From Selaginella moellendorffii (Eukaryota; Plantae; Lycopodiophyta): a stretch of 60,041 nt of DNA. A program made the position numbers and the translations under genes. Below the pieces are notes generated by a model. It did no database searches and had not been told where the DNA came from. It saw only the letters and a program-made list of their open reading frames with translations. This document shows, one piece after another, positions 45,822 through 60,026 of the stretch. Every line of letters begins with the position of its first letter. Position 1 is the first letter of the stretch. The DNA lies in assembly GCF_000143415.4 (NCBI RefSeq), contig NW_003314421.1, positions 6,365-66,405 of the forward strand. The letters run 5' to 3'.

Positions 45822-48800
45822 TCAGACTGTTATTTTTTGCCTCCAACGCCTATACAATAATCTTGGAATTTCATCACTCTCCACACTATCAGGATTTAAA
45901 CCCAATAGAAATGCCATCTCTTCTCTAATACGTCCACGCTCACGTTCAGTGGTCGAAGAACCCATCCGGTTGAGCAGATTATGGAGATGCGGATAGTGCT
46001 TGGCTAGACAATATACATGCCATAAATGATGACTGGTGTCTGTCCGATCAAATGGCTTCTGATATACCGTTCCATCTGCCATTTGGTTGATTTCTGCAGC
46101 CACCTCCTGGACTGGCCGGTTCTCTATCACCATCGCTTCAAGCCGTTTTGCAAGGTCCCCCAGAACATACGGTTTCTTCTCCCTAGTTTCCATACTGCAA
46201 GAGATGGGGTGCACTGCATATGTGTGCGTGTTCGCTGCAGTTTTAATCGGCGAGTCATCGATGATGAGGATTTCACTTGACCTAGCAGTCCGGTTCATCA
46301 CTACAGCCTCTGGCTTGACGAAGATGGGCTTGCTACCCCTCACATTGACCATAGTCAAGCAATCCTCCTGCGTTAGGAGAAAGTCAAATGGTAATATTAC
46401 TCGCGTCTGATCGTGCAACATCTGTAGCAACGTTAATGCATTGTGGCACATCATGGATGTCCAAACTCCCAATTGCAAATTGAACCCGGCCCTCTATTTT
46501 AAGTGTCGCATGGTCATTATTAGATCCCGCAGTTTCTCCCGTGTGATTAATGTGAATCTGTCTCTTTTGACCAACTTGCGACCGCAGGCTTTGGAGGGTG
46601 CAGTGACATTCGAGGACGAGCCACGCTCATGGGAGAAAAGGACACCGTTCAGATCAAAAACGATACAGTACTTTCGCCGTGACTCTGAAATGAAATGCGT
46701 CAGCATAAAAAATGGTACAAGTCAATTTTACCATCTACAATATTAGTGAATGGTGCTCCTGATGGTCGTTCAGAGGGTTTTGGTCGAGGAAACGTGAAGG
46801 GCGGAAATACTCTCCTCTGCAATATGGGGTCAATCGCATCCGATGGCGTGTGGGCACATGCCATTTCAGCTGTAGACTCTGGTACAACTGGCTCAACAGT
46901 GGCATGGGGTGGTTCCGATGGCGTGTGATCACACGCCATTTCAGCTGGTGCCTCCGTTGGCAAAGTGGACATGACCGAACAGGCAGCAGGGGCAGTGTAG
47001 GGTGGTTCCAACGGCGCGTAGTCAGACGATTGGGCACACGTTGAGTCCGTTGGAAATAAGGATACGACCGGCTCGGCGGCTGGGGCAGCCTCATGCGGGT
47101 CCAATGGCGCCTGGTCACCGTCAGTTGGATACGTGGACAAGATTGACTCAGTGGTATGGGCAGCATCAAGTGGAGCGTGGTCAGCTTGCTTGGCGTTGAT
47201 ATGGATAGTAGCCTCCACCAGCTCTGATGACTCTTGCAGGCAAGTAGAGTCCACTGGCGGATCCATATGCATGTCCAAATATCTCCCTTCGATTGAGATG
47301 GTATCCTCCCTACTGGCTACTAAAAACAAACTCATTAGCACATTGAATCAACTATACTGTACTTACCATCAAGTGCTATTTGGCGCACTGCTGATTCTGA
47401 AGGATTGGACATACGTTTCGACCCTTGCTTGGCACTATCCTTCCTCGACACTAAAGGCTAGAGTTTGTATCTTAATTCAACTGAATAATCTCTACTTACC
47501 ATTTCTTCTGCGACCTACATGGACAATGTTAGAAATGGTAAAAGGTTAGGAATGGATGTACTATTATTTACCTGATGGTTTGTCTTGTATGACCTTCCTC
47601 CGCTGCTCTTTGGCCACCTCAGGCTGGCCATCGTCGTCATCATCGTCATCGTCGCTATTGTGATCGTCACCATTGTGAGGACCATCCAAGTCCTCTTCGT
47701 CCTCCTCTTCTTCGTCCTCCTCTTCTTCGTCCTCCTCTTCTTTGTCCTCCTCTTCGTCCTTCTGCTCTTCCTGCTCATTATCTTTCTCTGGCTCCTCATC
47801 CCCCTCCTGCATTTCTTCCATAGGCTGCTCAGGCTGGATGGCTTGTTTTTCCAGGACCATCTTGGGAAAATCATCTGGCCGAGTCTCCATCTCAAAATAC
47901 AAGACATCCATAGCCTGTTTTAGTGCTTGACCTAGGACCGTATCCTCACGCGACTGTCTTAACATGGTTTCTGCACGTTCTTGCACCCTTCGAAGACGAC
48001 GAGATGAGAAAAACGTGGCCCTGACTTGAAAAGCATCCCTCATCCATTGTACCTCTCCATTGAGATTGGGGAAGGGGAGTCCGCCATAGGAATCTGAGTC
48101 AGAAGGTGGTGACTGGCTCCTTTCACTCAGCCCTTGATCTGCAATGAATGGCATGAGCACACACGCCATAACCGCGAGGTATTTGCAATGGCGTGTGGTC
48201 TCATGCCATTCCTTGTAGGAGACACTTCTTCAACGGCAAAACAGGCAAGCACCAGCCAAGCTCAAACTGACAGTGGTCATAAAAAGCGAAAGCACGTTGG
48301 ACAGTCGTCGGGATCAGAGGCGTTTGATTCGAAAAGGAAGAAGGGCAACGAAAAGATGATAGGTAATGTAATTTGTACCTCCTTTTTTCCTATTGCTTGT
48401 CTGTTTGTCCTTCTTCGACGCGCCACCAGTGCGCTTTTCAGTCCTCGTGTCTGAATATTCACAACGATCTATAATCAAAATGGCGTGAGGCCTCACGTGA
48501 CCTTACCTTGTGCAGGTTGTGAGCTCGGCCTAACATCAGTAGCTGTTAACGCCGTTTCAGCATCTGGGGGTGGCCACGCTCCTGCATACAGAGCTTGTGA
48601 GATAACATTTAAACTTAAAGTGCGTACTCACCAGGTTCGTAGAGAAGATACTGTTTTTCTTTGGCAACTGTAATTATATGCTCCATTGAAGTCACCTCTT
48701 CAATGGAGTTTGTCACCGCAACACACGGGACACCCTTGAGTAGTGCGGCTCGAAAGAATAGTCTGCCGCAGTTGTACTCGACAACGCATTTGCCCTTGGA

Positions 48801-51415
48801 GTCACCCGCTATTGCGTTGAAGACCCAGCTGAGCATTTCCCATGCTGCACCTGGAGCTTTCTTTGGATTCGAAAGCTCCATAGCCGTCTTCAGTTCCTCA
48901 GGCACGGGTAAATTGACCTCCCTCAGATCAATTCGATTGGCCTTGTCGAACGAAGCTGGGAAGTCACTCCAGTCCCACTCTGCTGCAGGACCAATAACAA
49001 GGGCGAGTGTGAAGATGCGGACATTCGTCGGTATCTTCTTCTTAGCCATTATACCATGGATCTCCTGCATCTCCTTGCCTTTCAACCGAGCCTTCACCTC
49101 GTTCAAGGCCTTCCAGAACTTGTGATAGGATTCGGAGTCGTAGATCATATAGTGGACTGAAGATTCCACCTCCGCAAGTCCCACCATTAAGTCAATGATG
49201 GAGCTGACTTCGTCTGCATGAGTGATCTCCTCGTTTGTGAAGTCCATCACACAAAAGATGTTCTTGACCTGCTCATCTCCGCGGGAAACGATGCTCCTCC
49301 ACCTTTGATCCTCATCCGAATTCACGTATACCCAGTAAGGTTCTCGATAGGCCTCTGCTGCGGGGTCGAGCTGTTTCTGAAGCCGGCGGTCGACATCCCT
49401 CTTAATGAAATTTGGATACTGATCCAACTTCTCAGCTTTACTTTTCGTGGCATCCCGCAGCAGATCGATGAACTTGGGGGCCCCCTTCATGTAGTCGTCG
49501 ATGTCTTCATTTGACAAGTCCAGCTCTTCCATCATCTCTTGCGTGGTGTCGATGCTCACCCTCTCCACGGCCACTTGTTCGAAGATCCAATCCTTCAATA
49601 GCGCACGAGCTCTCAGAGTCGTGCACAAGTCCTCGTATGTCACAATATGGCCGGGAGTCATTTTGGTCTTGTTGAAGCCTACCTCACCACGTAGAAGAGC
49701 ATTAGCCACTGTCAGAAGGTCGTCGTCGTCTAGAGACCGCGAGAAACGCAAGGCGTTAAGCTTCAAATCATTGGGCTTCCGGCCGTCCTCCACACCCATT
49801 GAGTTTAGCAACTCCCCGTCATGGTACTTCCTCAGCACATCTACCCATTTGTCAAAAACAACTTTTGTCGCGAGTAGAATGTTATGGATGCTGAGTGTGT
49901 CATTGACCCCCAGTGTTTTCGAGAGAAGACTCGAGAATTCCTGCAATGGAAATGGCATGAGGCCACATGCTATGCCACATGCAACGAGGCTTACCTGCCA
50001 GGCGCTAGTTGCTAGTGCACGTCCTTGTCCTGGTTTTTGTGGCTTCTTCAGTTGAACCCAGAGCTTCCGTGTTCGTGCCAATGTCTCGTGCAGACCCGAT
50101 TTGTAGCACGTTTTTTGCTTGACATTCTGCGCGTGGGAGATGTATATGATAGATCGGAGGGGCGAGTTGCCTTTTATCAGGCGGACAACTCTTGTCTTGA
50201 AGACTTTCTTCACCTCCTCGCCCACCATAATATCCACAACTATCTGTTGCATCGCCAAGCTAGAATGCTGCCCGGAGACGGCATAGAACCGGATGTTCTG
50301 ATCGTCCAACACCTTCCTATTGATCAAGTCTGGAAACCTCGTCTCGCCCTTCATTGTTCGGTAGTAGGGGATCACGTCTGCGATGTCGGGTGTTACTGGA
50401 CTTGCCAGCATCTTCTGCTTCAGTTTCTCCACCCACTCATCAGATACTAGCCTGTGGTTGTATTTGCTTTGGATGTCGATACGGCTCACGTCGATTGTAT
50501 ATACTTTGTTGGAATAGTAACAACTACTATTATCTGCGACGATTTTTGCTGCCTCTTCTTGCTCTTTCTGCTCTTTGCGGCTCTTCTTTTTGGTGGGTGT
50601 AGTGTTCGAACCCGAGGCAATGGCATCACCGAGTAGCTTCTTTTTTGGAGCAGCAGAGTCGGACGTCGGCTTGAGCTTGACCACCCTTTTCTGCTTCGGG
50701 GTAGTTTCCAGATCGACCCCCTTCCCCTTCGCTTCGCAAACTGGAGGCACTCTCAACGGCTCAATGTTGGAATATAGTTTTTGAACATCGCCGTAGGTGA
50801 GGTCCGTGGATTCCATGTGATCTTCATAGACCCGTAGCGTCTTTGAAATTGTGGGCCTCCTGGACAACCTCTCCCTAGCTCCCTCTAGGAATTCCTGATA
50901 GCCGCTGTCCCCCTCCGGGAAGCCGCTAGGATGTGCAAGGTGGATCTTGAAGGCGGACGCTGTCTCTACCACAAGTGCCAGTCCATATTCTTGCATGGAA
51001 CTGCATGGAGTGTCTGTCACTTGGATGAGGATCCCCATGCATTCTTTTCTCCCACCATCTGTGTTGTACAGCATCAGATCCTCGCCTTCCATCCCGAAAG
51101 TCCAACTGGTGAGCTCCTCCCCCTTCTCTGCATCCACATTGACAGTGGCTGGAAGAAGAACGCAATTCCTCGCCTGTTCAGAAATGCACAACAATTAGAG
51201 CTGACAGATGAAAAGCTAGCAGCTGGAAATAACGTGAGGCCACACGCCATTCACCACTGCATCAGATGTCTTGAGGCTGCATCCTAAGATAGCGTGAGGC
51301 TACACGCCATCTGTAACCGGACTGCACTCGAGAGCCCAATCGGTGCATGCCAATGTTGCTACTGAATGGCATGTGGCCTCATGCCATTTTCTACTTGGCC
51401 TAAAAGACTTACCAT
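45822..51415 (-). pseudogene. Cargo gene copy 3; ParB/MTase-like part open, exon 6 inverted, TAG in the phosphatase exon (46494)
   Basis: 859-aa ORF 48615-51194 plus downstream exons; inversion at 48180-48368. Confidence 0.8.
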
Positions 51416-54382
51416 TTGAAGCCGAATGGAGGCCGTGACAATCGAGGCCGGACTCGCTGGCGAATGTGCACTGTGTGTGCAGCGGATCGTAGCAGCAAGG
51501 CTACTCTGCCACTTACAGTTGGAGAGTGGCGCTGAAATCTCCCGGGACGCCAAGTGGGCTGCGTGTGGGTGGCGGAGTGGGCGGCGGAGTTGGCGGCGAA
51601 GTTACAAACTGGGTGTGTCTTGAAGTGGACGCCGATGCACACGAGCGCGATGCGAGCGCGAGTGTGATGCAAGCGCGAGTGGACGCCGATGCACACGAGA
51701 AACCTGTAGAGAAGGCGCGAATGTGAGCGTGATCGCGAGTGGGAGCGCGATGCGAGCGCGAGTGTGATGCGAGCGCGAGCGCGAGTGTGATGCAAGCGCG
51801 AGTACGAAGCAAAATGCAAAACCTAACCTCACACGCGCGAAATGTCACAAAGGTTGGTAATCCCGCCACATCATCATTCCTCGGACTTGGGCGCCACCAT
51901 TAATTTCTGGATTGCCGCGCGCATGCAAGCACGCAAAATCCAAAAGAAATCCGCAACGTCATCATTCCTCGGACTGCATGCACGCGAAATCCAAAAGAAA
52001 GATCATGATTGGGATATCATTTAATACCCTCGCTATATTTATACCATGCATGATTGGATATTCCAAAGCATCTTGTATTTCCAAAAATGGCAGATGTTCA
52101 GCTAAATAAAGAAATTCTATCTGTTTCTATTTTTCTCTCAAATCAATATTATAGCGTGTGGGCTCATGCAATTTTGAACCAAAGAAACCCAAAAAACGTT
52201 GAACCCAAAATAATTTGAAAAAACCCAAAAAACCCTAAACATTTTAAACCCAAAAATCCAGGCGTCCTGTGGCGTTATTCCTTGAATGGCGTGTGGGCGC
52301 ATGCCATTTTCAGGGCCAAATGTTGAATGGAGAAAAATTCCCTTTCAGTGCAAATGCTGCAAGAGGCAGATGCGGAGCACAAAGGACTGTAACTACCTCA
52401 CATGACACAGATAAAATTTTCTCTATTTGGCAAAGATAAACTTTATAGCGTGTGGGCTCATGCAATTTTGAACCCAAAAAATGCACCAAAAAATTCTCGG
52501 CGTCATCTGGCGTTATCTCTTGAATGGCGTGGGGCCGCATGCCATTTTCAGGGGCACATAGGAGTATATTCCTAGAATATTCTGACATGCGCGAGATTTT
52601 TTTGAGTTTTCTGGAGATCCAACCGTTAAATCGCAACTAGATTTTACAGAATGGTATACAATATCTTTCTTGATAACTCTGCAAAGAAGCATCTCGATCG
52701 GACACCACATAAGACCACACGAGCCTTACAATGTTTCAGGGGCATTTGCTATAGATCCGACCGTTATTTTTCTCCAAGATTTTACAGTTTGGTGTGCATT
52801 GACCTTTCCATCGACACTGCAAAGGGACATTACAATCAGATGCGGGATCACAAGAAACTAACTTCACTAACTCTGGTTTCACCAAGATCTACGTAAGGAG
52901 TTATGAAATGAAAGGACCCTCTCTATTGAAATGTGTTTATGGTCCTAGGGGCATTGTGACATATCAAAGGATTTTGCATCAAGTTCTGTATTTGCATGTT
53001 TATCAAGCTACTGAATTGTTAAACCCTAAACCCTAAACCCTAAACCCTAAACATGTGGCAAATGCTGCGTGAAGAAAGATGCCCTTTCTGGGCAAATGCT
53101 GTAAGAGGCAGATGCCGAGCAGATGTATCTCAGGCTAGCGAAGGGGACAAACGAAAGCTAGCTATAAACATGACGGGATGCAAATAGATTACTAGGCTGG
53201 TCCTACGAAAATCAAAAACCATAATTGAAAACATTGAAAATGCAAAAAGAAAGGTTTATAATATTTTTGAATTTTAAGCAACCAAAGGAATGTAAGTAGG
53301 GCATGTGTTTGTAAGTTTAAAAATGCCTCAACCACTTAAATTCCCAAGTAAATAAAGCTGTTTCTATTTTTGGTACAGGTAAACTTTATAGCGTGTGGGC
53401 TCATGCAATTTTGAACCCAAAAATGCACCAAAAAATGCTCGACTAGCATTATTCTTTGAATGGCGTGTGGCCTTATGTCGAGCATTATTCTTTGAATGGC
53501 GTGTGGCCTTATATTGCCATAAATGGACGTACACACACAGCATAATTATTCCTTTACACGGCGAATAATCTTGGCGCGGATCGCTGACATGGCATGGCAA
53601 AGTTCGAATCACTGACATGGCACAGCTGGATCGAGGCAAGGACATGATGTGACAAAGTTCAACCTCCGACAGCAAAGTCTAGAAGCTACTCAGTTTGAAA
53701 TTTGTCAGAGGAATCATAAGATCTGGTTTGTCAGAGGATTTGATGTGACGTTCAAGCGTGTGTTATTTTTGAATTCTCGAACTCATTCCTAGGTCTATCA
53801 TTTTTGTGCGCCGTGTTCTTGGTTCCGCTGAGCGCAGTGAGCGCTGCTTGTGTAAGCGGCGTTGTGGGCTGTGGTTTATGCGTCTACGAGCGGTTGCGGC
53901 ATTGTGAGCGCCATTGCGAGCGGCATTTTATGCGAGTGGCAGTTTGTGCGAGCGGCGCTACGAGCAGTTGCGGTGTTGCGAGCGGCGCTACAAGTAGTTG
54001 CGGTGTTGCGAGCGGCACTGTCTTTGGTGTGGCTACCGCTTCCTCTTGATATTCGGCACTTGTGCTTCCTGGTATGTTCACCATGGAATGGCTTAGGACC
54101 ACATTTAGAAATGGCATGAGGCCACATGCCATCTTGGGCCCTTGCAATTTCATGGCTAGTGTATTGTCATGTATGTTTTTACTTGCCTGCAGCTGTGTGT
54201 ATATCAAGATGGCATGAGGCCTCATGCCAATTTTGTGAATGCGAAATTTCACGTGGGTGTCAATAGCATGTTTGAATAATGGCATGTGGCCTCATGCTAT
54301 TGAGGTTGTTTGGTATGTTATGATTTAGGCCATTCTCCAATCATTTTTTGTATGGTCTTAACTTCTTTTCTGCACTTTCAGA

Positions 54383-57373
54383 ATGGCCTTCAAGGTTGGG
54401 GAAAAGGTTTACATTTTGAATGGTGGGAAGAGAGTTGCAAAAGGGACCCTTGTGTCTATGGATCGGAACTTTGTTATACACTGTCAAAGGCTTGGGGAAG
54501 GCAATGCTGCTGTATCAGTAGAGACTGTCTTCGATGGGAATGTGGTCGCTATTGAACGAGGAGAGATGGTCGTCGGGGTAAATGTTGTTGTTGCCTTGAA
54601 AAATCTTCAGAAGAAAGCAGATGTTGGGGACAGCGCAAGTGCGACGCATGTTCCCTCCGTGGATCTTAAGAACCGTGCTACATGGATTCAAGCAAAGGTG
54701 TTTCTAAACAACCCCGAGGGGGAGGTGGTAGCTGAGGGCTTAGCCACAGTTGTCGATCCAAGAGATGCGGTTGCTAATCAAGAATTGGGCTGGGATGATA
54801 TTGGAGTTGCGATTTTAGAGGTTGTTGACACAGAAAAAAACAGTCTGACTATTGGAAGCATTGTGTGGTGGAAATTGAGGCACTTAGTGTTTGAGAATGT
54901 GAAGGATTCGCAATCAAACACCACTACAACTGATGACAGAACATCTCTTCATGGGAAAAGAAAGTACACCTTCCTAAAGCACAGCCAAAGGGATCTGAGC
55001 AACGAACCGAAAAGGCAGAAAATGGCGATGGAGGTTCGAATGGTCTTAACAGTTGCTTGTTGCAAGAGGAGGTGCTGTCAACATGCTGATTGGGATGCTA
55101 TTGAAGAGGAGAGAGCAAGATACAAGACATTGTCCTGGAAGGCAGCTCGCAATTTTGTGTATGAGGCATTACGGTCATCTGTTGATGCTTCAGAACATCA
55201 GGTGGGGGGCATGGTCTTCCAGAGGGGTTTGGTCTGCATGAAGGCATGGAGAATCATTTATGGAGTCCCTCGAAGCACATTCTACAGAATCAAAACTGAG
55301 TTCGAGGAACAAAGGGTTCAACAGGCAGTCCATGGGAACAACGGTACGCACAAAATCAGGGGTCATGTTGTATATGGAGAGGCAATCTTCAAGAGGTTTG
55401 TCGAGACATATAGCGAGCAGCAACCACATAAAACCCGCCTCTTGGAAGATGGAACACGAGACACCCAACGAGTTCTCCCTTCCATGTATACCAAGGGGGC
55501 CATATTGGAAGATGTGAATCGGGAACTCCAGAGTAATGGCTACAGGAAGCTGAGTCAATCTAGATTTAGTAGATTGTGGAGCAACAGGTTCAGGGATGTG
55601 AGTATAGGAAAGTACTCCAGCTTTTCAAAGTGTGACGAGTGCACTGCTATCAAAATGGCTTTGTCGAAGAATTCTTGCAGCGCTCAAGAGCGAGAGACGT
55701 TGGTTAAAAGGCGGCTCGACCACAACATCGAGCAGAGAAGCTGCAGGACTGCATATTATCATAACAGGATTCTCTCCATGGAGAGACCTGACTCTTACCT
55801 CTGCATCATCCACGACAAAATGGACCAGAAAAAGACGTGCTTACCTCGACTCAATCCTGCCCCCAAGGCAATCTCTTCATCCATACAGCTGCCTGTGTCT
55901 CTGTTTGGCATAATCGCTCATGGGCATGGTGCCCAGAACTATGGGAACTTCTTTGTACCTCTATGGGGTGGCGGGGGTGCAAACATGATGATTGCGTCCC
56001 TAGCAAAACACTTAAGGTCTCTGCAAAGTGCGCAGACTGAGCTGAACGGCCAACCCTTGCATAAGGCCCTTGTCGATCGAACCCCATACAGGGTTCAGCT
56101 GGAGGAGGAGCAAAGGCTTGCAATATCGCGTGGGGCCCCATGCCATCCCAGTGAATATGTTGGCCGTCAGATTGTAGGGTTATCACGTGAGGCCTCATGC
56201 CATTCCGACGAGGCTGGTTGCCCGGTGAATGCACAGCCTCATCCAAACGAAGCAGAATCTCAAGGAAGTTCTTGCGGCCGATGTGGCCTTCCACCCCATC
56301 TTCTGCTCCAAACAGACAATGCTGGCAGTGAGAACAAAAACATGTACATCTTCGCGTACTTGGCGATGCTTGTTGCCAAAGGCATATTTGAAACGGTTAC
56401 ACTTGGCTTTCTCATGGTTGGGCACACTCATGAAGACGTGGATGCCATGTTCAGTCACCTGGCAGAGTCCCTCCGGCGATCCAATGTCCTCACCCTCCCA
56501 CAACTCTACGATGAATTCCAAAATTGCATCAAAGGCAATGTTGAAGCTGCACTTCTGACAGAGGTTCCAGACTTTAAGGGGTTTGTAAGAAGCTACATCA
56601 GGGACGGATCTGAAATGCTGATTGGCCACTCCAAGCCTCTTCAGTTTCATTTCAGCATGCGTGACGGTGCTCTAGTGATGAGGTACAAGATGAGAGAATG
56701 GGACACAGTGTGGCTGCCAGTGGACGGCATTGAACTCTTCAAGAGAGATCCCATAATTGGGGAACCTATGATTCCTCAGGGTTCCCCACGGCCGATGCAC
56801 CCGGATGGACTCAAAGACCAGGAAAGTATAGTGGCCGGGATTAGACAGCATATTGCCTTCTGGAAGAGGGGGTTGGTGTTTGGTGGAGAATCCTATTTTC
56901 AGAGGTGCAAGCCTTTGCTCGAATACTGGGAGAAGATTATATCTGCTATCCAAAATGGGCCGGTTGTATATGAAGAATTGGAAGAGTCCTTTTGGCCAGA
57001 ACCCAGAGCACCAGATAGTAGCGGAACAATGTCCTCTGGAAATGCAGTGACAGATAACGATGTTGAGGATCATTATTGTGGGCCGAGGAACAAGAAGCCG
57101 GATTCAGCATTCAATCCAGTACAGGTCTGCAAAGGAATGGTCGTGCTTGTCAGACCCAGTAATAAAAAACAAATGATATGGGTGGGGCGCTGCATCACTG
57201 ATGCAGAGGAGGACGCGGAAACTAACTCCTTCAATGTAACTGTGGAGTGGTTCAAGTGGATATACGAAGGATTGCCTAGAAAAGAGATGGGTGTTGAATC
57301 CAAGGGATCCCAGCATGAGCATATCGGTGGATAATGTTGTGCATGGTTGGATGCGGAAGCAGAGTGCCACCAT
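54383..57373 (+). pseudogene. Sola-like transposase copy 3a (open for ~958 codons, then a net 8-bp deletion frameshift at ~57257)
   Basis: Same motifs as 29159-32227; TTCAAGTGGATA versus TTCAAGCCAAGTTCCGGATA. Confidence 0.85.
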
Positions 57374-60026
57374 GATATTGGAGTTGCGATTTTAGAGGTT
57401 GTTGACACAGAAGAAAACAGTCTGACTATTGGAAGCATTGTGCGGTGGAAATTGAGGCACTTAGTGTTTGAGAATGTGAAGGATTCGCAATCAAACACCA
57501 CTACAACTGATGACAGAACATCTCTTCATGGGAAAAGAAAGTACACCTTCCTAAAGCGCAGCCAAAGGGATCTGAGCAACGAACCGAAAAGGCAGAAAAT
57601 GGCGATGGAGGTTCGAATGGTCTCGACAGTTGCTTGTTGCAAGAGGAGGTGCTGTTAACATGCTGATTGGGATGCTATTGAAGAGGAGAGAGCAAGATAC
57701 AAGACATTGTCCTGGAAGGCAGCTCGCAATTTTGTGTATGAGGCATTACGGTCATCTGTTGATGCTTCAGAACATCAGGTGGGGGGCATGGTCTTCCAGA
57801 GGGGTTTGGTCTGCATGAAGGCATGGAGAATCATTTATGGAGTCCCTCGAAGCACATTCTACAGAATCAAAACTGAGTTCGAGGAACAAAGGGTTCAACA
57901 GGCAGTCCATGGGAATGACGGTACGCACAAAACCAGGGGTCATGTTGTATATGGAGAGGCAATCTTCAAGAGGTTTGTCGAGACATGTAGCGAGCAGCAA
58001 CCACATAAAACCCGCCTCTTGGAAGATGGAACACGAGACCCAATGAGTTCTCCCTTCCATGTATACCAAGGGGGCCATATTGGAATATGTGAATCGGGAA
58101 CTCCAGAGTAATGGCTACAGGAAGCTGAGCCAATCTAGATTTAGTAGATTGTGGAGCAACAGGTTCAGGGATGTGAGTATAGGAAAGTACTCCAGCTTTT
58201 CAAAGTGTGACGAGTGCACTGCTATCAAAATGGCTTTGTCGAAGAATTCTTGCAGCGCTCAAGAGCGAGAGACGTTGGTTAGAAGGCGGCTCGACCACAA
58301 CATCGAGCAGAGAAGCTGCAGGACTGCATATTATCATAACAGGATTCTCTCCATGGAGAGACCTGACTCTTACCTCTGCATCATCCACGACAAAATGGAC
58401 CAGAAAAAGACATGCTTACCTCGACTCAATCCTGCCCCCAAGGCAATCTCTTCATCCATACAGCTGCCTATGTCTCTGTTTGGCATAATTGCTCATGGGC
58501 ATGGTGCCCAGAACTATGGGAACTTCTTTGTACCTCTATGGGGTGGCGGGGGTGCAAACATGATGATTGCGTCCCTAGCAAAACACTTAAGGTCTCTGCA
58601 AAGTGCGCAGACTGAGCTGAACGGCCAACCCTTGCATAAGGCCCTTGTCGATCGAACCCCATACAGGGTTCAGCTGGAGGAGGAGCAAAGGCTTGCAGTA
58701 TCGCGTGGGGCCCCATGCCATCCCAGTGAATATGTTGGCCGTCAGATTGTAGGGTTATCACGTGAGGCCTCATGCCATTCCGACGAGGCTGGTCGCCCGG
58801 TGAATGCACAGCCTCATCCAAACGAAGCAGAATCTCAAGGAAGTTCTTGCGGCCGATGTGGCCTTCCACCCCATCTTCTGCTCCAAACAGACAATGCTGG
58901 CAGTGAGAACAAAAACATGTACGTCTTCGCGTACTTGGCAATGCTTGTTGCCAAAGGCATATTTGAAACGGTTACACTTGGCTTTCTCATGGTTGGGCAC
59001 ACTCATGAAGACGTGGATGCCATGTTCAGTCACCTGGCAGAGTCCCTCCGGCGATCCAATGTCCTCACCCTCCCACAACTCTACGATGAATTCCAAAATT
59101 GCATCAAAGGCACTGTTGAAGCTGCACTTCTGACAGAGGTTCCAGACTTTAAGGGGTTTGTAAGAGGCTACATTAGGGACGGATCCGAAATGCTGATTAG
59201 CCACTCCAAGCCTCTTCAGTTTCATTTCAGCATGCGTGACGGTGCTCCAGTGATGAGGTACAAGATGAGAGAATGGGACACAGTGTGGCTGCCAGTGGAC
59301 GGCATTGAACTCTTCAAGAGAGATCCCATAACTGGGGAACCTATGATTCCTCAGGGTTCCCCACGGCCGATGCACCCGGATGGACTCAAAGACCAGGAAA
59401 GTATAGTGGCCGGGATTAGACAGCATATTGCCTTCTGGAAGAGGGGGTTGGTGTTTGGTGGAGAATCCTATTTTCAGAGGTGCAAGCCTTTGCTCGAATA
59501 CTGGGAGAAGATTATATCTGCTATCCAAAATGGGCCGGTTGTATATGAAGAATTGGAAGAGTCCTTTTGGCCAGAACCCAGAGCACCAGATAGTAGCGGA
59601 ACAATGTCCTCTGGAAATGCAGTGACAGATAACGATGTTGAGGATCATTATTGTGGGCCGAGGAACAAGAAGCCGGATTCAGCATTCAATCCAGTACAGG
59701 TCTGCAAAGGAATGGTCGTGCTTGTCAGACCCAGTAATAAAAAACAAATGATATGGGTGGGGCGCTGCATCACTGATGCAGAGGATGACGCGGAAACTAA
59801 CTCCTTCAATGTAACTGTGGAGTGGTTCAAGCCAAGTTCCGGATATACGAAGGATTGCCTAGAAAAGAGATGGGTGTTGAATCCAAGGGATCCCAGCATG
59901 AGCATATTGGTGGATAATGTTGTGCATGGTTGGATGCGGAAGCAGAGTGCCACCATCACCTTGCCAGACCATGCAAAAGATGCAGCAAGAGCATTCATAA
60001 CCCGGGTTCAAGGTGAGATTCATTAA
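57372..60026 (+). pseudogene. Sola-like transposase copy 3b (tandemly duplicated, 5'-truncated; stop at 57656, frameshift at ~58040)
   Basis: Restarts at the equivalent of position 54795 through an AT microhomology. Confidence 0.85.
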
